This document shows positions 49,177 through 60,000 of a DNA stretch of 60,000 nucleotides, piece by piece. Where the stretch lies: positions 11,658,001-11,718,000 of the forward strand of contig CM075988.1 in assembly GCA_038087875.1 (NCBI GenBank), read 5' to 3'. Within the stretch, counting starts at the first letter, position 1. The number at the start of each line of letters is the position of its first letter. The notes beneath the pieces were generated by a model. The model did not search any database. It saw only the letters and a program-made list of their open reading frames with translations, and was not told where the DNA came from. Source of the stretch: Malacoraja senta. Lineage: Eukaryota. The translations under genes and the position numbers were made by a program.

Positions 49177-49419
49177 GCTATTTTTAAAAATTATCCTTTT
49201 CTTAAGAAATGGAATCTACAGGACATTCTTAATGGGAAAGTAGTGGGCAGAAAGGCATGTCATGTGTGGTTTGAAGAGCAAAAACTTGTAGTTTACAATG
49301 CCAAAAAGTTGAGGAAAAACAAGGTGTACAGAGTTGCTTATTGGTTACAATCTGAGGAGTATGATGATGCTACTGATTATGGTATGCCAATGAACCAGAT
49401 TTTTTTTAAATCCGACTGA
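49177..49419 (+). pseudogene. 80-codon open frame near the hAT right end; possible terminal exon of the element's gene
   Basis: AIFKNYPFLKKWNLQDILNGKVVGRKACHVWFEEQKLVVYNAKKLRKNKVYRVAYWLQSEEYDDATDYGMPMNQIFFKSD*, preceded by T-rich ...TACTTAG. Confidence 0.4.
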
Positions 49420-50109
49420 CTGTCATATTACTCACGACACGTGCCTGAATATGACTCATTTATAATTATATATTTATATTTCTATGAAAATTGTTCCCAA
49501 TAGGGCCCCGCACCTCCTAAGGCAGGCCCTGCTGCTGAGATACTCCAGCACTTCGTGTCCTCTTCTGTTGGAAGGGAGATGGATGGAAATCCTGTTGGAA
49601 TGGCATTGGTATGGCATTACTGGATGAGAAATGGCAGTGAGTCGAACAAGTGAAAAAAAAAAATTAACAGGAAAGTTGAAAATAAAAAATTGCAAATGCT
49701 GGAAATACAAGATGCACCTTCTTACAGCCACAGGCTGTCTTGCTCAATTTTGAGTGTCACTTTGGTCTGGTTGTTATTTTAGCAGAAGCACTAACTCTTT
49801 AAAAATAAACAGTTCGAAGGTTCGATCAACTGATGGGCCATGGAATACTCCATGAACACAAGTGGACTAATTGCTAGATATTCTATTCATAATAGGCCAG
49901 TCAAAGCTTTCACTCAAAATTTGAAGGTCAAGTGTTTTTAGTTCATATTTCAAGTGCAATTTATGCTAAGAGTATTTTTTAATTAGACAGAATTTTAAAC
50001 CTCTGTTACAAAATTAGTGGAGGGATACTGGTAGGATCGACATGGATAGTCAATATTCAAATAGTGGCCACATTTGGTGGACTTGTAACAAAATAACTGA
50101 AGCCATTTA

Positions 50110-50580
50110 CAGTTTAATTTAGTTCAGCGATACAAGTGGAAACGGGCCCGACAGCCCACCAATCCACGCCGACCAATGATCACCCATACACTAGTTGTAT
50201 CCGACACTGTGGGGACAATTTTGCAGAAGCCAATTAACCTATAAAAACCTGCACGTCTTTGGAGTGTGGGAGGAAACCAGAGCACTTTATGAAAACCCAC
50301 ACAGTCACGGAGAGAATGTACAACCTCCAAACGTTTAGTTTAGGGGTCGGGCATGGAAACAGGCCCAGCATTCCTCGCCATTCATTGGCTACTTGTTCAC
50401 ACTAGTTTTAAGTTATCCCACTTTCCCTACACATCATGCTTAAGTTGCAGAGGCCAATTAACCTACTGACCTGCATGTCTTTGGGATGTGGGAGGAAACC
50501 GGATCACCTGGAGGAAACCCACGCAGTCTGACGGTCTCTGGCATTGTGAGGCAATGGCTCTACCAGCTGCGTTAGGGTGC
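50110..50580 (-). mobile_element. Two tandem V-SINEs
   Basis: Two tails (50110 and 50335) and two GTGGGAGGAAACC V-domains. Confidence 0.85.
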
Positions 50581-53500
50581 CATCCATGTTCTCGTATATG
50601 TTCTCTCAGTGATCTCTGGAGTGGCATCTTAAATCAAACTTTTATCAGGCTTGCTGCCAGCCATTCAGGCATTCTGTGCACAAACATGATGTTCCAAAAC
50701 AAAGTTACACAGCATTTGTCATGCAAAGCAGAATAAGCTGACCTTGATCTTTCTAAGTTCACATTCAGCAGCAAATTATAAAACATTTCCTCGGAAACTC
50801 TAATTGTCTGTTCTTATTTGAATGGAGGAGGATTTGATCACTTTGGCTTGGGGTCAGATAGCCTGGCAAGTAGTAACGGCATTGTTCTGAAGTTAATGTT
50901 GGAACGCACTTTGAATCTCTCGTGATTTCCCTTTGCTCTCCTCATGGTATTTTAGTAAAGTGGTGCAAATAAAAGAGGGGAATGAATTGCATCTGTTTGA
51001 CAATTCCATGTTAAACGTTCATGCTTTTGAACATTTAGTTTGCTTTTGGAACGCAAGTAATTTCATTTTTTAATTTCTCTCAAAATAAATCGACTGAAAT
51101 GCTCTTGGAGTTTTTGCAGGCGGTCTGTTTCATTGAACCAAGACTGAGTTGAAATAAGAAAAATGATCCTGTTCAGAAAACTGGAGAATTGTTATGCAGT
51201 GAATGACTAATTCATTCCTCATTGTTTTGACAATGGCGGAAACGTTACATCGATCATATCAAGGAGAAGGGAAGAGTTATTGCTTTGCCAGAGATGAAGC
51301 ACAACAAATTCATATCTCAATTATCTTACTCTGGGGTCCAATGTGCTAGCATGGAGGTATTAAACAAAGCAGTTTTAATACTGTCAGGCAAAATACAAAT
51401 AATGCAGTATATAATCTAATGAAGTATCTGTGCAGGGACTATAATAGTAAATCACTAATTATTGCATTTTTAAGAAAGTTGAAATATAAATTATTAAAAA
51501 TATTCCAAGAGTCTACTCTTTTTTTTATTTGGACTGATCGAAACCAGAGTAGCTCAGCACAGGCTGACTTATAGGTGCCCCAACGTTCCATATTCAGAAT
51601 TTGATTTATAATAAGGACCCATTAATAAATCATTCTCTTAAATTAAAATTCAGCTAAGTCCATAGGGGGTTTGGAATACTCCAAAGTGGATTTATAGACA
51701 CACGGTGAGCATTTGCTCATAATTTCAGTTGCTGAACATTAATCATTATGCATGTAATGGGAGTTCTGATATACCTCCATTTTCTCAATGTGCATTGTTC
51801 AACACACAAAGCCAGAATGTGAAACCTAATTACACCAGTGAACATTGGAGAGACAGGATTAATATCACCTTGATGTGTGCAGCTGACCACTGTGAAGCAG
51901 TTATTATGATGAAGTGATTACTTTGGAAATCAAAATAATATCAAGAAATTGACAATTTTGCAGAGATCAGATTTTCAAGCTGGAAGACCTTCAGTTTTCT
52001 AAAATATAGATATGTAGATAGATCATTTTTTTAAACAAAGTTAATAATGTGTGGAGTTGTGAGGGAAACCGTCAATGAAAGGTTCACAAAATATTCATCT
52101 GAGAAACCATTTCAGTGCATGTGTGTGTGTATATGTATGTGTATATTTTTTGACTTTCTTCAGTATATATATTTTATATGTACTGAAGAAAGCAAAAATC
52201 ATTAAAAACGGCACATTGTACACAGATTGTTTCCATCTTCCTTTATGTTTTCCTACCACTAAATTAAATCAGCGGAGCAATTAGTAATGACAAAAGAAGA
52301 TATAAAGGGCTGGAGTAACTGAGCGGGCCAGGCAACACATCTGGAGAACATGGATGGGAAAGGTTTTGGGACGGGACCGTCGGTAAACCATCATCTGCTG
52401 TTCCTTGTTTCTACATTTCAGCAATCAATATTGTTTATTTTTAATGACATTCTGCAGCATGTTCAGATGGATCTTAAAAATGAGTTAACAGCCATATATT
52501 TATACACGGACAAATTGGGAAAGTGAAATAGCAAGGTATTGATAAACTCGTTAATGGGAGGCATGAGCTGTGGGTGGGTTAATGTGCAACAACAGGTCAG
52601 TATCCATTGCATCGTTTAACAGGTGAATCACTGGCTAGATGTGAAGTGAGATTAATATCACTAACTGGAACTCAGTCAGTTGGCAGGCTCATGTTGGTGT
52701 TTTGTGACTGAGGCCGTTCCCTCCTTGTAGGATTTTCGAAAGGCCATTCTGCAGCTGAATCAAATATTATTGACATTAAAACTGAATCTGCTTCACTAAA
52801 TTGGGTCCGACAGATAAACCAATGTTTAAATGAAGAGTGGTGTATTATCACGTGAAATAAGAATACTGTCATTTTGCACTCAGATTGTTAGCAAAGTGGA
52901 GCTGGAGCTAAAAGGTGTAGGGAGGAACTGTAGATGCTGGTTTACACCAAAGGTAGACACAAAATGCTTGAGTAACTCAGTGGGTTAGATAGCATCTCTG
53001 GAGAAAAGGAATAGGTGACGTTTCAGTTCGATATGGGTCATCAGTCACCTAAAATGTAATGGCACATGCATGTCATAGTTACTATGAATTTTTACCATAA
53101 ATTAAGCAGTCGTTAAGTTGTCGTAAAGCACATGATTCTTGAACAAGGTTGAGGTTAATTCAACGCAACCTGAAACTAAGTTCAAAAGAAAACTAAGTTT
53201 GGACAGGAAAAGTATGATTCAGAGTGGAAAGATAACTGAACAATGAGCTCGAGAGATGTATTGAGAAGTAGGTGGATTCTTCACAATGCCCTAGAGCATT
53301 TTTTCCATTTCCACCAACACCCATTACACGCTCACCTAGTCCATAAGGAATATTTACTCCTGAATTCCATTTGCATTAAACTGAGACCATCCAACTTCAC
53401 TTCCTGGTATGGTAAAAGATTCCCACATCCCTGATGTTTGCCTTCCCTTTCAATGCTGCCAGCTCACCATCCCTGTAAACTTCACCCTGTCCAACTCTCC

Positions 53501-53709
53501 AACCCTATATTTAATGATAGTCTGACTAAAAATGCATAATTTGTAAGAGGTCTCTCTCCGTAAAGGCTGCCTGACCAGGATATTACCAGGATTTCCCATT
53601 TTGTAGTTGCATGTTCAAGTTGTTGGCATTGGTTCAATGTGAGGCTTTCTGGAAAATAACAAGAATGATATAGTTTGATTGATTAAAGAAAGGTAATTCA
53701 AAAGTTCTG

Positions 53710-53920
53710 GAGTTACTCGATGGGCCAGGCAGCATCTCTGCAGAACATGGATAGGTGACATTTTTGATTAGACTCAGACGTTTTGGGTTTGGGGATTCTT
53801 CAGACCCTTCAGTTGGTCTTTCATCACCAATCTATGTTCTCCAGAGATGCTGTCTGAACTGCTGAGTCACTCCAGTACTGCTTTTTTTGTGAACCAGCAT
53901 CTGTAGTTCCTTGTTTCTAA
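53710..53920. mobile_element. Palindromic Penelope-derived element (others at 52290-52420, 52915-53050, 56380-56550, 57870-57980)
   Basis: TSD TAATTCAAAAGTTCTG (53694-53709) / TAACTCAAAAGTTCTG (53921-53936). Confidence 0.8.
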
Positions 53921-54941
53921 TAACTCAAAAGTTCTGATTTCAAGATAGCTGGTTTACGCTTGCCTGATAGCACAAACTCTGATGCCCTTTGCACCAACAA
54001 ACAGATTCGTCATTAATTTTGTTGGTGTTAAATTGGATTTCTTTCCTTAATGAGCATGTTCCTTCCACATGTGGATGATATCGATTTGGTATTCAATAAC
54101 AAACTTGCAGTGCCTCAATGAAGCGAACAGACAATTCACAGGTCTGCTGTTAAATATTAAGACAAGTTATAATGGTGCACTTTACCAACAATAGGAAAGA
54201 CTTGTCACATCTCCGAAAGACTGATAATGATAATTTTCAATAAAAACAGGCAAGGAATATTTAGCAAAAGAAAAGAATAAGACTCTGCCTGACGTTAATC
54301 CTTCTCTGAAATGGCCTGGAAAACAAATCACACAAGTTATTTTGTTTCCAAAGAGATTTGTAGTTGCAGTGAAGCATTATGTTAGGTATAAAATTAGAAT
54401 AACATTAATACTAATAACACCAGTACTCACAAGAGTAATCCATACAGTGACTAATATCTGCATAATATTGCCTTCAATAACTCTGGTGGACCGTTAATAT
54501 ATAATGAGCTTTTCTTCTGTTCCCTGTGGGTTTCTCCAAGTGTTGGTTTAAGGCGGCCAGTAATGAATTACAAATGTATCTTTATCTTATGCAGTATTTG
54601 TAGTGGAGCCATTAAATCGTTTAATGGATCGTCAATCAGGACAGAATTGGCAGAATGTGAAATTTGTGTTCGTATTTATTGCTAACTAAACTTGCAGCAT
54701 TGATTGTGAAATATTGAAAACATGCCTGAATGTGTATTAACTTGAACTTGGATATCTTTGCACCATGTTAAATAAATGTATGCATTAAACAATTGGTGAT
54801 TCCAAAGCATTTGGGTGTGTCTAGCTTTCAGCTTCTCTGTTTGAGCTGCTCTCTTCAATTCCCTTTGGCATCGTGCAAATGCATAATTTGAACCAGGATG
54901 TGATGAACAAAGTAATGCCCCCCTCTCAGCAGCAGGGGCAG

Positions 54942-55212
54942 CTTAGTTTAGTTTATAGACACATCATAGAAACAGGCCCTTCAGCCCACTGAGTCCGCAA
55001 CGACCAACAATCCCCGTATACTAACACTATCTTGCACTAGGGGCAATTTACAATCTTTACTAAAGCCCAATTAAACTACAAACCTGTATGCCTTTGGAGT
55101 GTGGGAGGAAACCAGAGCTCATGGGGAGACCATACCAACTCCTTAGAGATAACACCCATAGTCAGGTTCAAACACTCTGGTGCTGTAAGGCAGCAACTCT
55201 ACTGCTGTGCCC
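54942..55212 (-). mobile_element. V-SINE
   Basis: (TTTAG)n tail, V-domain and head complement AAGGCAGCAACTCTAC. Confidence 0.85.
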
Positions 55213-55690
55213 CTATCTCTTTACACTAATTTAACCCAATTGCGATCTGAGTTATGCCAACAAAATTAGCCCATTAAATGGCCGCTCACAGATGCTGTGC
55301 CTTCCGATTCATTGGGTCATTTTATTTGCATTAATTCTACCTTGTTTTTGTACTCTGGAAATCAGCACAAAATTGTGGTTGTAAATGTCTCAGTAAATTG
55401 GAGAATGCTAAAATGGGCATCGGAGTGGAATTGTACAGTGGGATTGTAATTTTGTCCATTGCATGAGAAAGTCATGAATAATAAAATTATAATGATCCTT
55501 TTGTCTTCTATTTGCTCATTAGCTATTTTTGCAGTAATTGATTTCTTTGAAAAATACTTTAGAATGTAGACTTCATATCTATTCAGCTCCAGTGTAAATA
55601 TACCCCAATTGAAGATGTAAGTTGAGCAATGTTTTGATGAGGTGATCGTATTGTTGGTCACAGAGCCAATGAAACCTTAAATGTTTGAAT

Positions 55691-56056
55691 ATAAAAGGAC
55701 TGGACAAGCTAGATGCAGGAAATTTTTTCCCAATGTTGGGCGAGTCCAGAACCAGGGGCCACAGTCTTAGAATAAAGGGGCGGTCATTTAAGACTGAGGT
55801 GAGAAAAAATGTTTTCACCCAGAGAGTTGTGAATTTATGGAATTCCCTGCCACAGAGGGCAGTGGAGGCCAAGTCACTGGATGGATTTAAGAGAGAGTTA
55901 GATAGAGCTCTAGGGGCTAGTGGAGTCAAGGGATATGGGGAGAAGGCAGGCATGGGTTATTGATAGGGGACGATCAGCCATGATCACAATGAATGGCAGT
56001 GCTGGCTCAAAGGGCCGAATGGCCTCCTCCTGCACCTATTTGCTATGTTTCTATGT
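55691..56056 (+). mobile_element. Young CR1 3' fragment
   Basis: IKGLDKLDAG...FTQRVVNLWNSLP; CTATGTTT tail. Confidence 0.95.
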
Positions 56057-56774
56057 AATATTTTAAAACTTAAATGGTGGAAAAGATTGAAATGTAGTTG
56101 AGATCTTACAAACATTAGGATTCCGATCAACGGTTTCAACCACTGCTTAGAGTTTTCATGGTAGAATGTGTTTTATGATTATCGATTTTCCATGGAACTA
56201 AAAATTCTCACTTTGACTAAGCAACCAGTCTAATGAACTAAATGGGGGAATTGATAGCTGACATTATTTAGCTTCAGCATAGAAATCGGCAGCAGAGTTG
56301 CAGGCAACTTCATTTATGTTGTCTATGCCAGATGACAAACAGTTTTTCAAAGATACTTAATCACCCATTTATCAATAACCCTAACCCTCCCCCATCTTTA
56401 TCAATGTATCATTTGCCAGGATTTGTGCAGCCCCCACCTATTTGCCAGCTTTCTCCCCCTACTGCATTCAATCTGAAATAAGTTCTGTCCATTCCCTCCA
56501 GGGATGCTGCCTGACCCGCTAGGCTTCTCCAGCACTTTGTGTTTTGGTTCAGATAGACGTGATTCCCAGTTACTCCCTAGTTGTGCCAAAGATGTTTGCC
56601 GTTAGGTAATGTTTGCCTCTCATGTAATTCCAAATAACTGTCACTCCTTAATCATTTTTATTGATGCTTATTAATAATTCTAAATTTAAGCCGCCTTTTA
56701 TGAAATGGGCCCTTTTTCTATATCATCCTATGCAAGTCTCTCCTTATGTTTTGTTCTTCAATTAGCCTGGGTAT

Positions 56775-57580
56775 TGAAGAATTGGAGCTCCGGACTCAGT
56801 TGTTCACAATCTACATCAATGATTTGGACAAAAGTAATATTTCCAAGCTTGATGTTTGGAAATATTGAAGCTTAAAGGTCAGGTGAAAGTGAAGGTTATG
56901 GGACGATGCAGAGAAGCTTCAGAGGGATATGGAAAACCAAGCACATGGGGGATGAAAAATAATGGGGAGAAAACAATGTAAGAACAATAGAACTACTTCG
57001 GTTGAACAATAGAAAGTGGCAGACTTTATTTTAAACAGTGAGAGGACGAATGATCATGGTGTTCATAAGTATCTACTGTCCTTGTACATGAATCACTGAA
57101 AGTTAATGTGCAGGCAGCATTTAGGAAGACAAATAGTACTTTGAGTCCTGAAAAGTGCTATATAAATAAAATGTATTATTATTATTATTATTATGTTAAC
57201 CTTTAGCGCAAAAGGATAAGATTACAATGATAGATACATCTTGTTTCAGTGATGTACCAGTCATAGTGTTGTGAATACTTCAGAAGAAAGGACGCACTTA
57301 CGATAGACAATGTCTGATGGAGGTTCACCATATTGATTCCTGAGTTGGTGGGTATTTGTATCGTGACAGATAGCTGGCAAACAAAGTCTGCATTCACTTG
57401 AGCTGAGAAGAATGAGAAGGGCACAAAAAGCCAGAAGAAGGGTCACCCATTCCTTTTCTCGAGAGATGCTGCCTGTCCCGCTGAGTTACTCCAGCTTTTT
57501 GTGTCTATCTTTGGTTTAAACCAGCATCTGCAGTTCCTTCTTACACAAAGAATGAGAAGGATCTTGCTGAAACACACAAC
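56775..57580 (+). mobile_element. Decayed CR1 holding an L2 tail (about 57139-57193) and a Penelope-derived insert (57421-57547)
   Basis: TTCACAATCTACATCAATGATTTGGAC; L2 tail GTGCTATATAAATAAAATG(TAT)n; insert TSD AAGAATGAGAAGG at 57408-57420 and 57548-57560. Confidence 0.75.
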
Positions 57581-59359
57581 ATGACCTGCTCTGCTGTCAC
57601 CACACCATTCATGCATTGTAAACCATTAAATTGGCAATGCATCTGTCTAAAATATAATTTTCAATTATTACCTTGTGAATACAAAAATAATTGTAGTCTT
57701 GGATCTGTACATTTGTGATTTTGCTCCAAAATTGTGTTGTCAAGAATATCATAAATGTTCATTGATTCAACTCTGCAGCATTCTCATTAGCTGAATCATA
57801 TTTCAAAGCACATTTGACTACACAGTGACAAAAATACCAATAACATGCGAGGCCAACGTGACTAAGACTAATAGTAGAAACAAGGAACTGAAGTAGGGAC
57901 CTGACCCGACATGTCACCTATTAATTTTCTTCAAGGATGGTGCCTGAATTGTTGAGTTACTCCAGCACTTTGTGTCTTTGAGTAAGATTAATGTTGGTTG
58001 GATAATAATCTCTACCTGATCTCAGTTTCATGCGATGGTGAGAAACTTTTTGTTGGTTTTCTTAAACATAACTTTTTTTTAAAAATCTGAACACCGTCCA
58101 GTGGAGTGAGCGCAAGAAGCTATAACTCTACATCAAGGTGAGATACGTATGCTTTGTAGAAGATTTCTATGGTGGGGGTGGTGTGGGAAGAAGGGAATTG
58201 GGGATTTGGGCCCTGGACCTGGTGTGTTTAACCAGGGCGTTGGTGGAGAGGTTTGGTGATGTAGAGGGGGTTGAAGATGTGATTGTGAGATGGGGTATGT
58301 TGAGGTTCACGATTGTCACGTTTACCGAGGGACAGGGAAAAGAATTGTTTGCATGCAATCCAATCAGATCAGATAATACTACACATAAATAGAATTAAGT
58401 CTAACTCAAGTACAAGGGGAAGGTACAGAATATAATTCTCTGTATTGCAGCACACCGATTCAATCGACACAGCCCAGTGTTCGTAATGGGGTTGAGATGA
58501 ATTGGACAGTACTGCAGCTTATAGAGATAGAGATGGTGCAGATAGGTTGAAGGTGGTGAAGGCCCAAAGTGAAGTACAATAGGTAGAATGGAGGGGAGGA
58601 TACAGAAGAGGGGGTCAGTATTCACATTAAACAAAAGCTCACTTGTACTGGGTTCCTATCACTAGACACCACAGGATGGAACTTCCTCAGGCTTCCTTTG
58701 AATGGCCTCTCATACATGATGGTGTGCCACTGTGGGAGTAGCTCATGGCATACAAAGGATGAGTTTGTCAGTGCATTTCAGGAGAGACATCCAGCTGTGC
58801 TTTGCATGCCTTTGGGCACTTACCCAGGTATCTCTGTTTTAATGAGCTGTGAAGACAGAGTATCAGAAAATATATATTGTTATCCATATTCAGCAATCAA
58901 TATTCTGATGTGATTCTACTGCAGAGTGCAAGTCGTGTCTTTAAGTGGAGCCAACCACTCACCATATTGGACCTCTGTTGCACTTTGCAGCAGAAAAACA
59001 GAGATGGTAGCAGTAGTCATGTAAATGAGCAGCTTGGACAACATTGGCAGGCTGCCTGCTTTGGAAGTTGATTAATTGCTCTTCACAATCTCCATGACTC
59101 GTTTTGATTGGGGTGTTACGAGATAAGGAGGGAGTGACTAAACCCTCAAGAGTTTGTTCAGGGTGTTGATCAAATTAAGTCCTCCAAGAAACTCCCGAAA
59201 GGATATCAAGAGAATGAAAACTCATGGAAACCAAGAGAAAGTGGCAGGTCGGATTAAAAATTGTCTCGAGGGAAAAATGCAAATAGTCATGTTCAACAGG
59301 AACTTAACTTACTGGAAGAATGTGTGCAAAGGGATTTAGCAGGGGCTAGTACTGGACTT

Positions 59360-59800
59360 AAAAAAGAAATGCTGGAGTAACTCAGTGGGTCAGGGAGCAT
59401 CTTTGGAGAGCATGGATGGATGGATGGATGCGTTTTGGGTCAGTATCACCTATTGGCTATGACACATTATCCTGGCCCTCTTTTCCTCTAGCTTTCTTTT
59501 CCACCCCAACAATCAATCTGAAGAAGGGTCCCGACTCGAAATGTCACCTATCCGTGTCCTCCAGAGATGCTGTCTGAGCTGAGTTATTCCAGTACTTTGT
59601 CTTTTTTTTTGTAAACAACCATCTGCTGTTCCTTGTTTCTTCACTACCAGACTATTTGTTTTGATCATTCAGTCTGAAGAAGGGTCCCAACTCGAAGAGT
59701 CGCCTATCCATTGGACTCCACGGTGCTGCTTGACCCGCTGAGTTACTCCAGCATGTTGGCTCCTTTTGTGTAAACCACCATCTGCAGCTCCTTGTTTCTA
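59360..59800 (+). mobile_element. Two adjacent Penelope-derived hammerhead-type elements within a CR1 relic
   Basis: CTGAAGAAGGGTCCC cores at 59518 and 59674. Confidence 0.8.
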
Positions 59801-60000
59801 CTATCTGTTATTATGTTGCTAATTTACCGTGAGCTTATCCCGGACAATTATCTGCTCATTCTTGAGCTGTGTCTAGCCGTATCTCGGAGCTACAATAATT
59901 ATTTAACAGGGTCGTTGCCTTGAATCTTTTTCCAGAATGAATGGCTCCATATTTCAGTTCTGGACTACATTAGTCAGGCGGTTGATCAGAGTATATGGGG

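Larger units (their letters stand above)
46863..49531. mobile_element. Composite hAT (Tip100-like TIR) element, 2.67 kb
   Basis: TIR CAGGGCCGGCCTTA / rc CAGGGCCTGCCTTA; 8-bp TSD CCGCTGAG (46855-46862) / CTGCTGAG (49532-49539), one CpG transition; host repeat rejoins precisely. Confidence 0.85.

Noticed and set aside
1..60000. The many short ORFs in the track as host genes
   Set aside because: They are antisense or alternate frames of repeats or low-complexity peptides; there is no recognisable host domain or consistent exon chain.

Overview
Repeat-rich, AT-rich vertebrate genomic DNA. The tRNA-derived V-SINE/HE1-type SINEs and their partner CR1 LINEs point to an elasmobranch such as a skate or ray (inference). 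I could not recognise any host protein-coding exon. Every recognisable protein fragment is retroelement-derived: many 5'-truncated CR1 LINEs, a young L2, a young Rex1/Babar and a Penelope GIY-YIG fragment. The window also holds about 12 V-SINEs, two hAT-type DNA elements with 8-bp TSDs, fold-back MITEs and a probable Helitron end, often nested in a readable order. The most interesting signals are RNA-structural. (1) A 140-bp TSD-flanked retroposon at 25670-25809 (- strand) begins exactly with a complete 54-nt minimal HDV-like ribozyme fold. (2) A dispersed family of short, often palindromic, TSD-flanked Penelope-derived elements carries a minimal hammerhead core (CUGAAGA-A-stem II-GAAAC-GUH). 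A 2.7-kb composite hAT element also carries a possible Tudor-like terminal exon. Repeat-free islands rich in homeodomain, Sox-Oct, Pbx-Hox and RFX motifs suggest a gene desert or large intron with enhancers. Coordinates of decayed repeats are approximate.
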